From NCBI GenBank assembly GCA_030295235.1, contig AP026143.1:434001-498000 (forward strand): 64,000 nt of DNA, in the 5' to 3' direction. Position 1 is the stretch's first letter; every line of letters begins with the position of its first letter. This document shows positions 23,267 through 33,227 of the stretch, piece after piece. A program made the translations under genes and the position numbers. The notes under the pieces were generated by a model that had not been told where the DNA came from, made no database searches, and saw only the letters and a program-made list of their open reading frames with translations. This stretch comes from Fistulifera solaris (taxonomy: Eukaryota).

Positions 23267-24715
23267 CTAGAGCCTTCTTCTCCGTTTTGAACAAATATTA
23301 TGATCGTATCGTGAAGAAGTCTCCTCATCAACGTGGTCATCATCAAAATGTAACTGAACGAAACCATGCAGCACATCAGAATGATTTGATAACAAAAGCG
23401 CTGTGTGCCGAAAGTCGCTCGACGCGCGTTTCACTAAAGCGGTCGCAACAAGCGATAGTCGATCGGACTCAGGTGGTGGGTTCGATGAAAGGTTCGCCGA
23501 TCCTCGATAGAACTCGTTGAACGAATAGAGCTCATCGATGGAAGAGCCATCGGAGAAAACTTTTCCTGACGAATCGATCACTTTGATGTTTCTGTTGTGC
23601 GATAGCAGTTGTCGAACTTCATAATAGAAGGAATCTCTGTTGAGGTTGTGGGCAGAAACTTTAAGAGTAGAAAGGCCGCTGTGTTCTCTCAAACTGTACA
23701 AAAGTGTTGACAGATGTGGACCCCATTCGAGATCTCCATCATATGTAAACAAGTCAAGAATCTTCAAACCACGGTTTGCAATCACAGCACTAATAATCCC
23801 CTGTACAACACAATCAGGTATAGCCATGTATTTTTCATAAAAATTGAATCGCAATTGTAGCTCAACAAATTGTCCCCAGTCAGCAATACGCCTCAGCAAA
23901 GAAAGCACAGGCTTTGACGGAAATCGTTGACCATCATATTCACTGACAACTATGCAAAGCTTCTTGGTCAGAATGTCCACAGAGCCCAAATCGCCAGCTT
24001 CCAAAGCCGATACAGGGATGTCATACTCGAGAAAACCTGCTTTCGCAGAAAAAGGCAGAAAAGCAAGATCACCCGGCCAGCATTCAGTAAACAGTGTCTC
24101 GAGCATGTCGACTTGCGCGAGACGCATCAGATTGTCATCGTCAAAGGGTACATTTACGTTTAAGGAAAGTGAGCCAAAGGATGACTTGCGCTTCTCAAGA
24201 GCACTGACATACGCAGTGCCACCATCTTCAAATTCGCAACTCGAAAACACCACCCCAATCGGGAGAGATCCGGATGCAAGAAAATCTGATTGTTGAGCAG
24301 TCAGAGTTAAGTTGTAAAATTCCACATCTGGGGTAGCATAAGCATCTATGCTAACGTCGGAATCGTCGACATGAGCAGCGGTTTCGTGCAGGCTTATGAA
24401 AAAGATAGCCGTGTCGACGATTGCATGATCAGATGTACCGGTGATTACCACGGAAAAAGAGTATCCACAGACACTCAAGATTACAAAACCTCGACCCACC
24501 CTACCACCGTGTGGAACGACATACACCAAGGTGCCGTTATCCATCCAAATAGCCATTTCATGCTTATAACGATCAAATTCTATGAGACTGGTTGGATTGC
24601 GAAGTAATTGATACGTCGGGGCATTGACGTGGCCAAAATGAGCCAGTTGCTCATGGTCGCAAAGGTCGGACGGAATAACTCCAAGCAAGATGCTTGTGTC
24701 GTCGGTAATCGACAT
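23267..24715 (-). CDS. Lineage-expanded LRR/RNI-like protein, tandem paralog 7 (482 aa)
   Basis: Same motifs; lacks the ~20-aa FDFRAAG..RC..APS segment present in the other copies. Ends SKRRRRL. Confidence 0.9.
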   Translation of the reverse strand: MSITDDTSILLGVIPSDLCDHEQLAHFGHVNAPTYQLLRNPTSLIEFDRYKHEMAIWMDNGTLVYVVPHGGRVGRGFVILSVCGYSFSVVITGTSDHAIVDTAIFFISLHETAAHVDDSDVSIDAYATPDVEFYNLTLTAQQSDFLASGSLPIGVVFSSCEFEDGGTAYVSALEKRKSSFGSLSLNVNVPFDDDNLMRLAQVDMLETLFTECWPGDLAFLPFSAKAGFLEYDIPVSALEAGDLGSVDILTKKLCIVVSEYDGQRFPSKPVLSLLRRIADWGQFVELQLRFNFYEKYMAIPDCVVQGIISAVIANRGLKILDLFTYDGDLEWGPHLSTLLYSLREHSGLSTLKVSAHNLNRDSFYYEVRQLLSHNRNIKVIDSSGKVFSDGSSIDELYSFNEFYRGSANLSSNPPPESDRLSLVATALVKRASSDFRHTALLLSNHSDVLHGFVQLHFDDDHVDEETSSRYDHNICSKRRRRL

Positions 24716-25225
24716 TTTTTAAAGCAAAAGAACGAGTTATGAATTACCAGCTCAACCTTAGGGATCGATTATCAAATCAATGAAAGCAATAAATATTTTG
24801 CAGCGAAAAAATCCGAGTTCAGTCAGTCCCGGAATTCAATGACTCAATATAGGATGCAAAATTCTTACTCCGTATAAAAAATTCTATCGGTATTATTGTC
24901 TTGCTAAGCCCTTAGAGCTATAAGTCATACTGTTGCTGGTTTGCATTACGTAAAAAGGGCCCAGGTTAGGGTGACATTCGATGACAACAGAAGAATACGG
25001 TTTCGCCACCCAACAAACAATTTTCTTGTTTGGCGGAGATAGAAATCAATTCACGCTAAAGCGACACATTGGCCCTTTATGAGAAGTTAAGAAGTAAATG
25101 AAAAAATCATAGACTCTAGCGTTCCTGTTTCTAAAGCAAAAGATCCAAGAAAATGTGGTTGTGTTCTATTATGTAGAATGGGGCTTACGCTTCTATCTAT
25201 GCTGAAACTCCAGCATTGCGGAACC

Positions 25226-26672
25226 TCAAGCAAATCGAATAAAATCATACAAGATATCAGCATGGTCCGACAGCAAAGAGCATTCCGCTGGAAATCGTGT
25301 AAGGCGCTTTGTACCAGAGCAGTCACCATCAGTGAAGGTCGCTCCGATGGTGGATCTAGTTTCGCCAACAAAGCTTTCGAACCAACATAGAAGCGGTTCA
25401 GCGAGTACTGCGCATCAACGAGAGCACCATCCGAATAGATTGTACCTTCTGCATCAGTCACAACAATGTTGCGGTTGTGGGAAATGAATTGAAGAAGATC
25501 AGAAAACTCGGGACCGAACGCGGAAGGGTAAACGGAGAATTGTAAGGTCTGAAGGCTCTCATTGTCCTTTAAAGCCTCGAAAAGTGCACCAAGATGCGGG
25601 CACCATGTATCATCTCCATAATCGCTCGACAAATCGAGGACCTTTAGGTTGCGGTTCGCAAGGGTGGCTGCAATAACCCCTTGCACCATATTATCAAGTA
25701 ATGAGTCGTCGAAGTAGCAAAGTCGAAGTCCAAGTTTTACAAAATGGCCCAGTTCAGCAATTCGATGAAAAAGGGAAAGCACAGGTTCAGCTCGAATGGG
25801 TCCGCTATCATGCTCAATGGTGATAGTGAGATTGTTGTGCGCGACCATCAAAGCACTCCAATCAACGCCGAGCAGTCTTGAAGATGACATCGTATACTCG
25901 AGAGACATTGCTTTTGATAAGAAGGGCAGTAGAACAAGCTCGTCAAATAAGTCGTCAGTGGGTAATCCCAAATGCTCCATCGTGTCTATTTGCAAGAGGC
26001 GCCGGAAGTTGCTTTCGTTCAACGGAATATTTCCTTCGAACGTCAATGACCCGAATGTTGATTTGCGCTGGACAAGTGCATCAACAAACACATCACCGCC
26101 ATCTTCGAGTTCACACTCGCTTATAATCAATCTCGCTGGATGACTTCTGGAGGCTAATACACTCGATTGCTGTACGCTCAACCTTAGGCCCTTCAAATGC
26201 ACCCAACGCGACGGTTGTACCTCAAACATACGCTGTAAGCAGTGTGTCCCGGCTGCACGAAATCAAAGCCTGCATTGTGAGGACCGATAAAAACGGATGG
26301 ATTTTTATCTGTTGGCTGCTCAATGCTGAGAAAGAATGCTACCGTTTGCGCGACTGCATCATTCGAAGTACCCGTGATTCTCAGTACAGGACCGTCTTCG
26401 CGGAACTTCAGTGTAGTATCAAACCCAGATGGAGCATCGTGTTGAGTAAGATCACAATGTGGCGTTACATAGGTCAAGGTACCATTGTCCTGCCAGATCG
26501 CCATGCAGAACTTGTGCTGATTAAGCTCTTCCAGACTGATCGGGTTTCGCAACAACCTGTAAGTAAATGCTTCTCCCGCGCGGTCCCAGCGAGCGACTTG
26601 CTCAGGTCTACAAAGGTGGGGAGGAATCACTGCCAATAAACAACCAAGAGTGCTCTCGTTCTCGTTTGACAT
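25226..26672 (-). CDS. Lineage-expanded LRR/RNI-like protein, tandem paralog 8 (apparent frameshifts near 26250 and 25277)
   Basis: ORFs 26193..26672 and 25087..26229. The conserved C-terminal LLSDHADILYDFI appears in a shifted frame ending at the stop at 25226-25228. Confidence 0.8.
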
Positions 26673-27019
26673 GTTTTCGTGTAGTATAATGGGAACAGTT
26701 TATTGATGCGACGCAGCAAAAACAAATAATGCACGCGTGGAATAAACGTGACAACGTGTGACCCCGAACACCCAGAATTCCAGAATTTCCGTCTACCTCA
26801 AATACGTACCATTGTTTCAGCTATAGCCAAAAGTGTACTAATTAACTTATCCATGACTACTCGTCTGCTCGAGCGGTAATGCCGCCTACCTTGTACGATT
26901 CATTCGTTCGTTCTCGTGTTATTAACTTGATTGAGCTCCATTTGTCGTTATTCGAAGAAAATAGGCTTGAGAAGCGTTTGTTTTTCACTTCATTCTTTTT
27001 TACGCCGAAGAGCCTCGCG

Positions 27020-27440
27020 TTTGGGGTCATACAGAGATTCTGTGCTAATTCCAGAAATTCTGGAATCGGTGTATTGTGTCAAACAGAGATTCTGTGGTCG
27101 TTCCATAAATTCTGGAATCTTCGTTTGGGGTCATACAGAGATTCTGAGGTCGTTCCAAAAATGTTGGAATCATCGGTGTTTTGGGCCAAACAGAGATTCT
27201 TAGGTCGTTCCAGAAATCTTGGAATCGGTGTTTTGGGTCAGACAGAGATTCTGTTGGATTTCCATAAAAAATTCTGGAATTGGTGTTTTGGGTCAAACAG
27301 AGATTCTGTGGTATTACCAGAAATTCTGGAAACAGTGTTTTTTATTAAACAGAGATTTTGTGGTCGTTCCAGAAATTCTGGAATCAGTGTTTTGCATCAT
27401 ACAGAGATTCTGTGGACGTTCCAGAAATTCTTGAGTCGGC
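27020..27440. repeat. Eight-unit 52-55 bp satellite of the same palindrome family and orientation as 8965-9683
   Basis: CAGAGATT cores at 27032, 27084, 27136, 27191, 27243, 27298, 27350 and 27402. Consensus CAWACAGAGATTCTGTGGTCGTTCCAGAAATTCTGGAATCGGTGTTTTGGGT. Confidence 0.95.
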
Positions 27441-27567
27441 TTTTTGTCTGTAAGACTTCCGCATTATTTTTGCTCGCGAAGCATCGCGAAGTAATTATAC
27501 TTTGTATTTGGGTCTTACTTGCGTCTTTTGCTGCATTATCATCGATAAGATCAAATAGGTCGAGAAC

Positions 27568-28348
27568 ATGCCTGTTTGGAAGCGCTCTCGATCGTTGTGG
27601 GAAAAGGCTCGTCAAGAAAAGAGTCTTCGCGATTACGCGGCCGCCATTCTTTACGAGTTGCAGCCAGTGCGGTCTACGATACTTCAACGTCAGACTCTGG
27701 ATTTTCGACACAAAGTGCTCCCTCAATTGCCTTCTCAATCACGAAAATTAGCAATTTTGCTGATGAACTTGACAAAATGGATCATGGCTTTTTTGTTTCG
27801 GAAACAAGATACACGTATTCGGCATGTTATTATATTACGCCATGGTGCGATTGATTCATGAGCGGTTACAAGCGGGGCCGGCGGTTCTCATTGTGACAGC
27901 GCTAATTTGGATATTTACGGCAGGACTGAGTGATGCGCCACGAGAAGGATTGTCGGCGTACGCTGCTTTCAACCGGGGTTTTGAGCGTCTCATGGGAGAT
28001 ATCGATGCGGAGCAGTTGTTGGCGCAGCATGTTGGTGGAGGAGGATTCATGCTACTCAATAATCAGAACGGAAACAACAACCATCGAAACGAAAATCGAG
28101 AGCCACGTCGACAGCGTGCAGTAGAGCGACCGCCCGCCGAGGTACCACAGGACGACGGAGACGCTGCAGACGAACCCGAAAATGCCATGCGACGAAGAGG
28201 GAAGAAAGGACGCAAGCAACGGCGGACGGTTGAGCAACGTCGTGAACTACAGCTACAAAGGCAAGCAGCTCGTGAAATGGGTTTTGGAAATGGAGATGAT
28301 CAAGAAGCTAGATTGCGGCTGTTAGAAGATCAAGTGGCTGAAGAATAA
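27568..28348 (+). CDS. SAYSD1: SAYSvFN-domain protein (SAYSD1-like); 5' end uncertain, probable frameshift near 27820
   Basis: TM hairpin followed by REGLSAYAAFNRGFERLMGDIDAEQL in ORF 27824..28348. Upstream overlapping ORF 27568..27861 supplies an ATG. Confidence 0.7.
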
Positions 28349-28388
28349 CAGGGAGTCTTGTAGCGAGTACGGAGTGTTGGAAGGCTTT

Positions 28389-29319
28389 TTACCCTATAGT
28401 CAAAGGTATATCCAGATAAAGTCGGACAAAGTCCAACCCGCAGAGAATGATCATCGAATACCCAAAGCTCTCGACTATCGTCTCCCACAAAGTGCGAGGC
28501 TTTCCACTATCCACTTGATCATCAAAGGCAAAGAATGCGGGGAAGCTCACCAAAAAGTATATGGCGTAGAAAGCAGAACCCACCGTGTAAGCCATATACC
28601 GGTCTAACGAAAATAGAAAAGAAGTGAGCGTTTACCATATATCAAGAGCCGACATCGATAGCTTGCATACCTTCAAAGTCCCAGTACGGATAAGAGGAAA
28701 TCGTCAAAGTCTCCATGAATGCTGTAAAATAGCTAAACGCAATGACAACGGATGCAAAGAGGACTTGGCGCCAGAATCCTGGTTGATAGTTCTTTACGAC
28801 GTAGCGCAACAGCACGTTCGAAAAGTAATGATATGACGAAAAGTAGAAATGCGTTGCCCCAAACATGGCGATCGGAACATTGTTGAGTCGGTGCGCCGGC
28901 ATCGTGTATTTTGCTTTTAGCACCGAATAGAAATAATGCGTGTACCAGTAGTTTCCGATAAATGAGTAAATAGCAATCCATAAATTTGCTTTGAAACTGT
29001 AGCGTTGCCATAGAGGTCTGGTTTTATCGGGCCCCGCCGGCCATACCATCGGTTGTAATAGGAGAGGCGATGCTAAGCCGAAACACAGTTGACTGTAATG
29101 AAGGGCGGTAAATTGTTCATAAATTTGTGTTACCACGACGATTCCGAAAATTCCCATCCAAACAGGAGAATAATATGCTACAAATTGCTCATAGGCTTGT
29201 TTGGAGGGAGAAAGGACGTAATGGGTGTTGTCTCCGGGCGTCGCGAGTTGCGCCAATCCGACAATGCCGGCGAGCATAGTGCCTAAAATCATTGTCATGG
29301 TGATTGCTACGTCCGGCAT
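28389..29319 (-). CDS. CPI1: Cycloeucalenol cycloisomerase (cyclopropyl sterol isomerase), 2 exons, 287 aa
   Basis: KANLWIAIYSFIGNYWYTHYFYSVLKAKYT, RLNNVPI..THFYF, MAYTVGSAFYAIYFLVSFP. A GT-AG intron at 28604-28670 restores the frame. Confidence 0.92.
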
Positions 29320-29445
29320 GATGGTTTAATGTTTTTTAAAAAGCGTACGTTGATTCAGTATATAATCGGGTTGTAAAATGATAAAGAGGTTGATGATTGT
29401 GCTCGTCGTCGGTGGGCAAAATGACGCAAAAAATGAACCGGCGGC

Positions 29446-29730
29446 AAAGCAAGGAAATCCTTGGGGCAACGCGTAAACCAACACATTGAGACTATAGTGA
29501 ATCCATTGGAGCGGTAAAAATTCCGTTGTGTTATGATTTATCCGTTGAAACAAATACACCGGATATAGGTTATTTTTTATTTTGTTAAAAAGCAAGGAAA
29601 TCCTCGGGGCAAAGCGTAAAACAACACATTGAGATTATAGTGAATCCATTGGAGCGGTAAAACTTCCGTTGTGTAATGATTTATCCGTTGATAAAGATTC
29701 AACGGATATAGGTTATTATTTATTTAGCTA
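29446..29730. repeat. Direct tandem duplication, two copies with 143-bp period, in a divergent intergenic region
   Basis: AGCAAGGAAATCC..GGATATAGGTTATT starts at 29448 and again at 29591 with scattered mismatches. Confidence 0.9.
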
Positions 29731-29917
29731 AAAAGGGAGGAGTTTTTGCGAATGGAGCACTTGCAAAATAGAAATGGCTGAAAAAATAATGGAGAGCCCT
29801 TTTGCCGCGTTTGCCGCTGTTCAATTATGATGCAGAACATCTTACTGCTCTTCATTCTTGTTCGCATTAGTGCTTTCCTACATTATTCAAATAAGTTAAA
29901 AATAAGATTATCGTATC

Positions 29918-31329
29918 ATGGGCTACCGCTTTCCGACAGAACACGGCTTGCTGGCTATGCTGATCTTTGCCGTTGCCACTATGATCTTTGCCATGTCCGC
30001 TATCTACGCATTGTTGTTGCAAATGGAATATCAGAAAAGTCTATCTTTCTTTGTCGACGAGAAACTAGATTTGGAAGAGGAAGACGACAACGCGAAAGGA
30101 GGAGAGAGTGATGCCGAGAAGCAGAAAAAGAACGAACAAGTCACGGCCCGCTATCGAGTCTCCAAATTGCGCCGCGTGATTCTGTTCGGCACCGTCTCGT
30201 TGATCACTCTTCTTACGTATTTGTTGCTCGTTCGCACGGATGCTCCTTCGTGGCTCGCGTGGATCGGTATGGGGGCGATTCTACTGGTGCTGTTGAACAC
30301 ATATCTTTTGGATGAGATTCGTCGCAAGCGATTCGATCGACTCTTTGCTATCCTGACTATGATTCTAGTCATGGCCATGGCGATGCATTGGACTGTCTAC
30401 TCACAGCAACAAGTAGCAAATGGTCAAATTCATCAAGGAACAGCGCGGATTACTGGATACGATAGGACTGCTTACGATCAAACGAAAGGAGAAGAGGGTG
30501 TTTCTCGAACGGATTTGGTCGTCGCATGGGGTGGTTCCTGGGGATGCCCGAGCTCCCCGGATATCTTTTGTGAGGCAGAACTGAAAGGTGCACTGTGCGA
30601 AACTGGCAAAAATCGATATCTGGAAGACGGTAGTGATGTGCAGGAAATGGAGAACGCCGAAGCCGCCGCAGAAGAAGTCGTCGAAGGGGACGCTGCAGCT
30701 GATGAGAATGTTGATGCAGAAGCCAATAACAACAACGTCGACGCGGAACAAAACGAAATAGGCAATAATGAAGGTGAAGGTGATGCTGCAGATAACAATA
30801 ACATGGAAGAACTAGAGCAGGAAAATGAAGAGCTTCGAGAAGAAAATGAGGGATACAAAGAAGAAGCCGAAGCTTATGAAGATTACGCGGAAGAGTTGAC
30901 CGAAGCACTCGAGGATGAATACGCTAAGGAATACACGTATTATTACGACGATGATTATTACGAGGACTCGTACTGGGACACACAGGATTGGAATAGCATC
31001 TGGGGAGACTACGCTTGCGTTGATGTCTTCACCTTCGAAAACTTTGATAATGGTGTCTACAACGCGACAACACCCCCAGGAGATGACGGCTGGCCATTTG
31101 TCAACATATACGGAAATTGCAAGACATGCGAAGCTTACATTATTGACTATTTCAGCACCGAACATTTTGAAGAGATTGAGTCGCGCAAAAGAGTGCCCGC
31201 AACTACGGACTCGCTGCAGGACTTAGCCTTGTTATCACAATCATCTTTGCGATCAAGCAGCGCATCAGTCCTGCCACGGACAATGAGATCGAGCTCCTAT
31301 CCAGGCACGGAACCACATCGTTTGCATAG
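29918..31329 (+). CDS. Multi-pass membrane protein with Cys-flanked, highly acidic E/D/N/Y-rich loop and RXL motif (frameshift near 31190)
   Basis: Four N-terminal hydrophobic segments, then KNRYLED followed by an E/N/D-rich region and YYYDDDYYEDSYW. The shifted frame gives a final TM (YGLAAGLSLVITIIFAIK) and a stop at 31327-31329. Confidence 0.75.
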
Positions 31330-31470
31330 TTGATGCTGTACCTGAGGCACAAGCCTTTTGAAAGAACATACAAACTAATTGTAGTGTTATTATATGATAC
31401 CATGACGCCTAACATTTGCGACAGTCCTTTGCTTGCTAGTAGTTTGCGGCATAAACTTTATGTACATCGA

Positions 31471-32877
31471 TTATTTTACGCCGCTCAACTCAAATCCGAC
31501 TCTACCATGCCAGAAAGAAAACCAAATGGACAGGACGACTTTGCTTTTTTTGAAAGTTTTGCTCATCCGCTTTGAGTGAGTAGTCTCCCAGTTTTGAAAG
31601 AATCGTTCTATCCTATTCCTATGAAACTCTACCACCAAGAATCGGAAAGGTGACCACGGTAAACTTCCAATTGTGTAGATGAAAATCACCACGCTGTAAA
31701 TGGACATAAAGACACCCATTCTCAGACGACCAAGCCACGTAGGATGATACGGCAACTTCAACGCATCTGCCAATGGATCGCCGATTAATTGCCGACATCG
31801 GGCAGCCCTAAAATAAAACCAATCATCGTCTCTCTTGGAGAGTTTCTCTGATGAGAGTCCGATATGAAGCAAGTGATGCGCGATTTTGATGGACGAGTCG
31901 TCAGGTTTCATCAAGTGCAATAGAATGCTACTAAAGACTGCTTTGCTGTGTTCCAGAGGATCGGGTCGACTCTTATCCCAGCCGGGTCCCAGTGGATCAA
32001 TGTTTCTTTCTTGGTGCGTCTCGTTCACGTGCACGCCGAGAAGCCAGCCTATATACCTCCAGAGAGCCGTGTAGTCCAACCGTTCGGTTTCACTCAGCGG
32101 TCTTCCTAGAGCGATTTCCACTCCCAAAAGACTATTGTGAGAAAATGCCAGTAGCGTAGCCGCCATATCTTCTTGATTGATCGGGATCCCATTCTTTTTT
32201 AAATCCCACCGCGTGTTTCTCATCAATCGGTCTCGCACCTTGGCGTGTAGAAATCGAACGTGCAGACAGGCTTCCCAGCCCTTGCCACCCGGCAGGAGAG
32301 ACCCCATGGAAAGCATACACGCCAACACCATACCAGCCGTATCGGAAAGTCGATTCATGACACTTTCGCGACTGGACGGGGGAGTCAAGTAACCGGTGGC
32401 TTGCAAGACAGCGGCAATTTTGGGCAGCGAGAAACCTGGAACCAGAGATCGGTAGTAGAGACTCATACTCATGGCCGGTGTATAGGCAAGGTAGACTCGC
32501 TGCCCTCGTTCCAGTTGCTGAGTGTCGACCCAATCGGGTAGTTTTGAGTACTTCTCGACGAATTTCGACATTTTGTCATCCGCTATTGAAGGTTCGGCTT
32601 TCTTAATGTCAATATTGTCGTGAGCTGCCCGGGCCATGCTTAAAAAGATCGTCGTACGGTCGGATGGGTCGTTGTTCTTTCCGTAGCAAAACAAATATCT
32701 CGTCAACGAGAGGATCGCCTTCCATTCGAAAGGGCTCCAGATCGTCCTCAGTGAGATAACGTCCACCATCCGAGATACTATGAAAAGAACTTTCACACCA
32801 AACAGATCGACCAGCCTTGATTTCGGTGGATGATACTTTGGGGGTTGAAGGGAAGCCAAATTAAGCGCATCAAACAT
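31471..32877 (-). CDS. MpaB/Lcp (rubber-oxygenase-like, DUF2236) ER-bound oxygenase family protein
   Basis: VRFLHAKVR, PINQEDMAATLLAF, YTALWRYIGWLLG. Likely ATG at 32877. A C-terminal SCPF motif lies in a shifted frame after the T7 run near 31545. Confidence 0.85.
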   Translation of the reverse strand: MFDALNLASLQPPKYHPPKSRLVDLFGVKVLFIVSRMVDVISLRTIWSPFEWKAILSLTRYLFCYGKNNDPSDRTTIFLSMARAAHDNIDIKKAEPSIADDKMSKFVEKYSKLPDWVDTQQLERGQRVYLAYTPAMSMSLYYRSLVPGFSLPKIAAVLQATGYLTPPSSRESVMNRLSDTAGMVLACMLSMGSLLPGGKGWEACLHVRFLHAKVRDRLMRNTRWDLKKNGIPINQEDMAATLLAFSHNSLLGVEIALGRPLSETERLDYTALWRYIGWLLGVHVNETHQERNIDPLGPGWDKSRPDPLEHSKAVFSSILLHLMKPDDSSIKIAHHLLHIGLSSEKLSKRDDDWFYFRAARCRQLIGDPLADALKLPYHPTWLGRLRMGVFMSIYSVVIFIYTIGSLPWSPFRFLVVEFHRNRIERFFQNWETTHSKRMSKTFKKSKVVLSIWFSFWHGRVGFELSGVK

Positions 32878-33227
32878 GATTGCGATGAAATAACGCCAGT
32901 AAAAAATGAATGGAAGAAGTGCATTGCATATTCTTTCGACTCGATATGAAACAGTGATAACGGTTGTTTCTTTTCTCGTTCTTTCGATGCAATGAGTCAT
33001 TCGTTTTCATTGGCTTCGCAACATGAGAACGAAAAAGGCGCAAAGAAAATACTTGTAAAAAGCGCGCCAAATTCTTCGTTCGTGACTCGCACTTGAGTCT
33101 TGGTCGGACGCGCAAATGCTTATTTAGATTATAGGGCGCAGGGATTATAGGATAGACCTAGGTTGGATCTTGACCGTGATAAAAGAGGTCAATATTCTCA
33201 ATGTCTAATATTTTAATAACAGAAGAA

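Noticed and set aside
15472..26672. Programmed frameshifting or phase variation in paralogs 3, 5 and 8
   Set aside because: Similar frameshifts hit unrelated housekeeping genes throughout the window and occur at non-homologous positions among the paralogs, so sequencing error is more parsimonious.
26879..27751. 290-aa ORF spanning the right satellite, and antisense ORF 27397..27738
   Set aside because: Repeat-derived, low-information translation that overlaps the likely SAYSD1 5' region; no motif support.
1265..32877. Sterol biosynthetic gene cluster (SSD protein, CPI1, oxygenase)
   Set aside because: The genes are separated by more than 20 kb of unrelated genes. CPI1 is an expected part of cycloartenol-based sterol synthesis.
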